Source: Oopsacas minuta (lineage: Eukaryota; Animalia; Porifera). From it: a stretch of 64,000 nucleotides of DNA. The notes beneath the pieces were generated by a model that was not told where the DNA came from, did not search any database, and worked only from the letters and a program-made list of their open reading frames with translations. Below, one piece after another: positions 63,304 through 64,000 of the stretch; position 1 is the stretch's first letter; every line of letters starts with the position of its first letter. The stretch covers positions 1,299,883 through 1,363,882 of the forward strand of contig JAKMXF010000066.1 in assembly GCA_024704765.1 (NCBI GenBank). Direction: 5' to 3'. The position numbers were made by a program, and so were the translations under genes.

Positions 63304-64000
63304 ATGAATTCCCGAAAACTTCAATTTTACTACATAGCCTTGAGTCTAGTATGGACACTTCTAACAGGCCTTTTTACAATAATATTTTTATCATCCGAGC
63401 AATATTTGAAAGAACAAATTCCATTTTATCATACAGAAAATCTTTCTCACACGTTACAAATTCCGAATAATCACACAGTACAAGTTTCTACAATTTTGAA
63501 TTCTTCATCCAACTCCTGGTTTGAATACAGAAATAATTGGAATGGAGAAATATTGATAGAAACCGAATTTAGTAAAAGACAAATACTTTTCACGAAGAAA
63601 TATGTTCAGACTATGACAGAGAAAGGAACACATCCTCTTACACAAGCCTACCCAAAGTTCTTAGAACGTCTTGAATTTGTGAATAAGACCTGCCAAGAAC
63701 TTCCAGGGAAAATAGACTACAAACTTGTGCTTGATTCTTCTCTATACTTCATACATTTCAATGATGATTTTGAAGTAATAAATTGCCTTGTACCAAAGGC
63801 ATCATCTGATACATGGACACAACAATTTGCAAAGATGATAGGCCCAAATGTACCTACTAGTATGGATTTGGTATATAACATTAGTTTGACTAATCACTTC
63901 GAACCGCTCAGAGAAATAGCACATCGTATCCAAACTTATACGAAATTTTTCGTACACAGACATCCCTTCGAACGTCTTGTCTCAGGTTATTGTAACAAAT
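63304..64000 (+). CDS. Carbohydrate sulfotransferase (Sulfotransfer_2 / CHST8-14-like), 3'-incomplete; absent from the ORF track
   Basis: Open frame from ATG 63304 to the window end. Type-II signal anchor (YYIALSLVWTLLTGLFTIIFL), 5'-PSB-like CLVPKASSDTW and 3'-PB-like YTKFFVHRHPFERLVSGY. Confidence 0.9.
   Translation, partial: MNSRKLQFYYIALSLVWTLLTGLFTIIFLSSEQYLKEQIPFYHTENLSHTLQIPNNHTVQVSTILNSSSNSWFEYRNNWNGEILIETEFSKRQILFTKKYVQTMTEKGTHPLTQAYPKFLERLEFVNKTCQELPGKIDYKLVLDSSLYFIHFNDDFEVINCLVPKASSDTWTQQFAKMIGPNVPTSMDLVYNISLTNHFEPLREIAHRIQTYTKFFVHRHPFERLVSGYCNK

Overview
AT-rich eukaryotic (animal) genomic DNA with short GT-AG introns. Gene content and compact style suggest a non-bilaterian such as a glass sponge, but that is inference only. 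No rRNA, tRNA, CRISPR array or transposase ORF was recognised. From left to right: (1) a 5'-incomplete RNF213/mysterin-like AAA+/E3 gene with RING and RZ-finger exons that the ORF track misses; (2) a two-exon Rieske-domain gene (RFESD-like) whose intron is filled by three MITEs; (3) a type-B carboxylesterase; (4) a convergent pair of WASP-type WH1-only genes sharing a 224-bp identical tract; (5) a giant ankyrin gene (~4,160 aa if one frameshift is corrected) built from a ~590-aa super-repeat with an unrecognised ~100-aa intercalated module; (6) CFAP210/CCDC173 in 5 exons; (7) a cluster of TIR-less LRR-cbEGF-TM receptor genes, with one intact copy, one disrupted copy sharing a 178-bp identical tract with it, and one split/inverted remnant; (8) nested hAT and Tc1/pogo-type MITEs; (9) the 5' part of a Sulfotransfer_2 (CHST-like) gene. 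The best candidates for something new are the ankyrin super-repeat module and the LRR-EGF cluster with apparent gene conversion.
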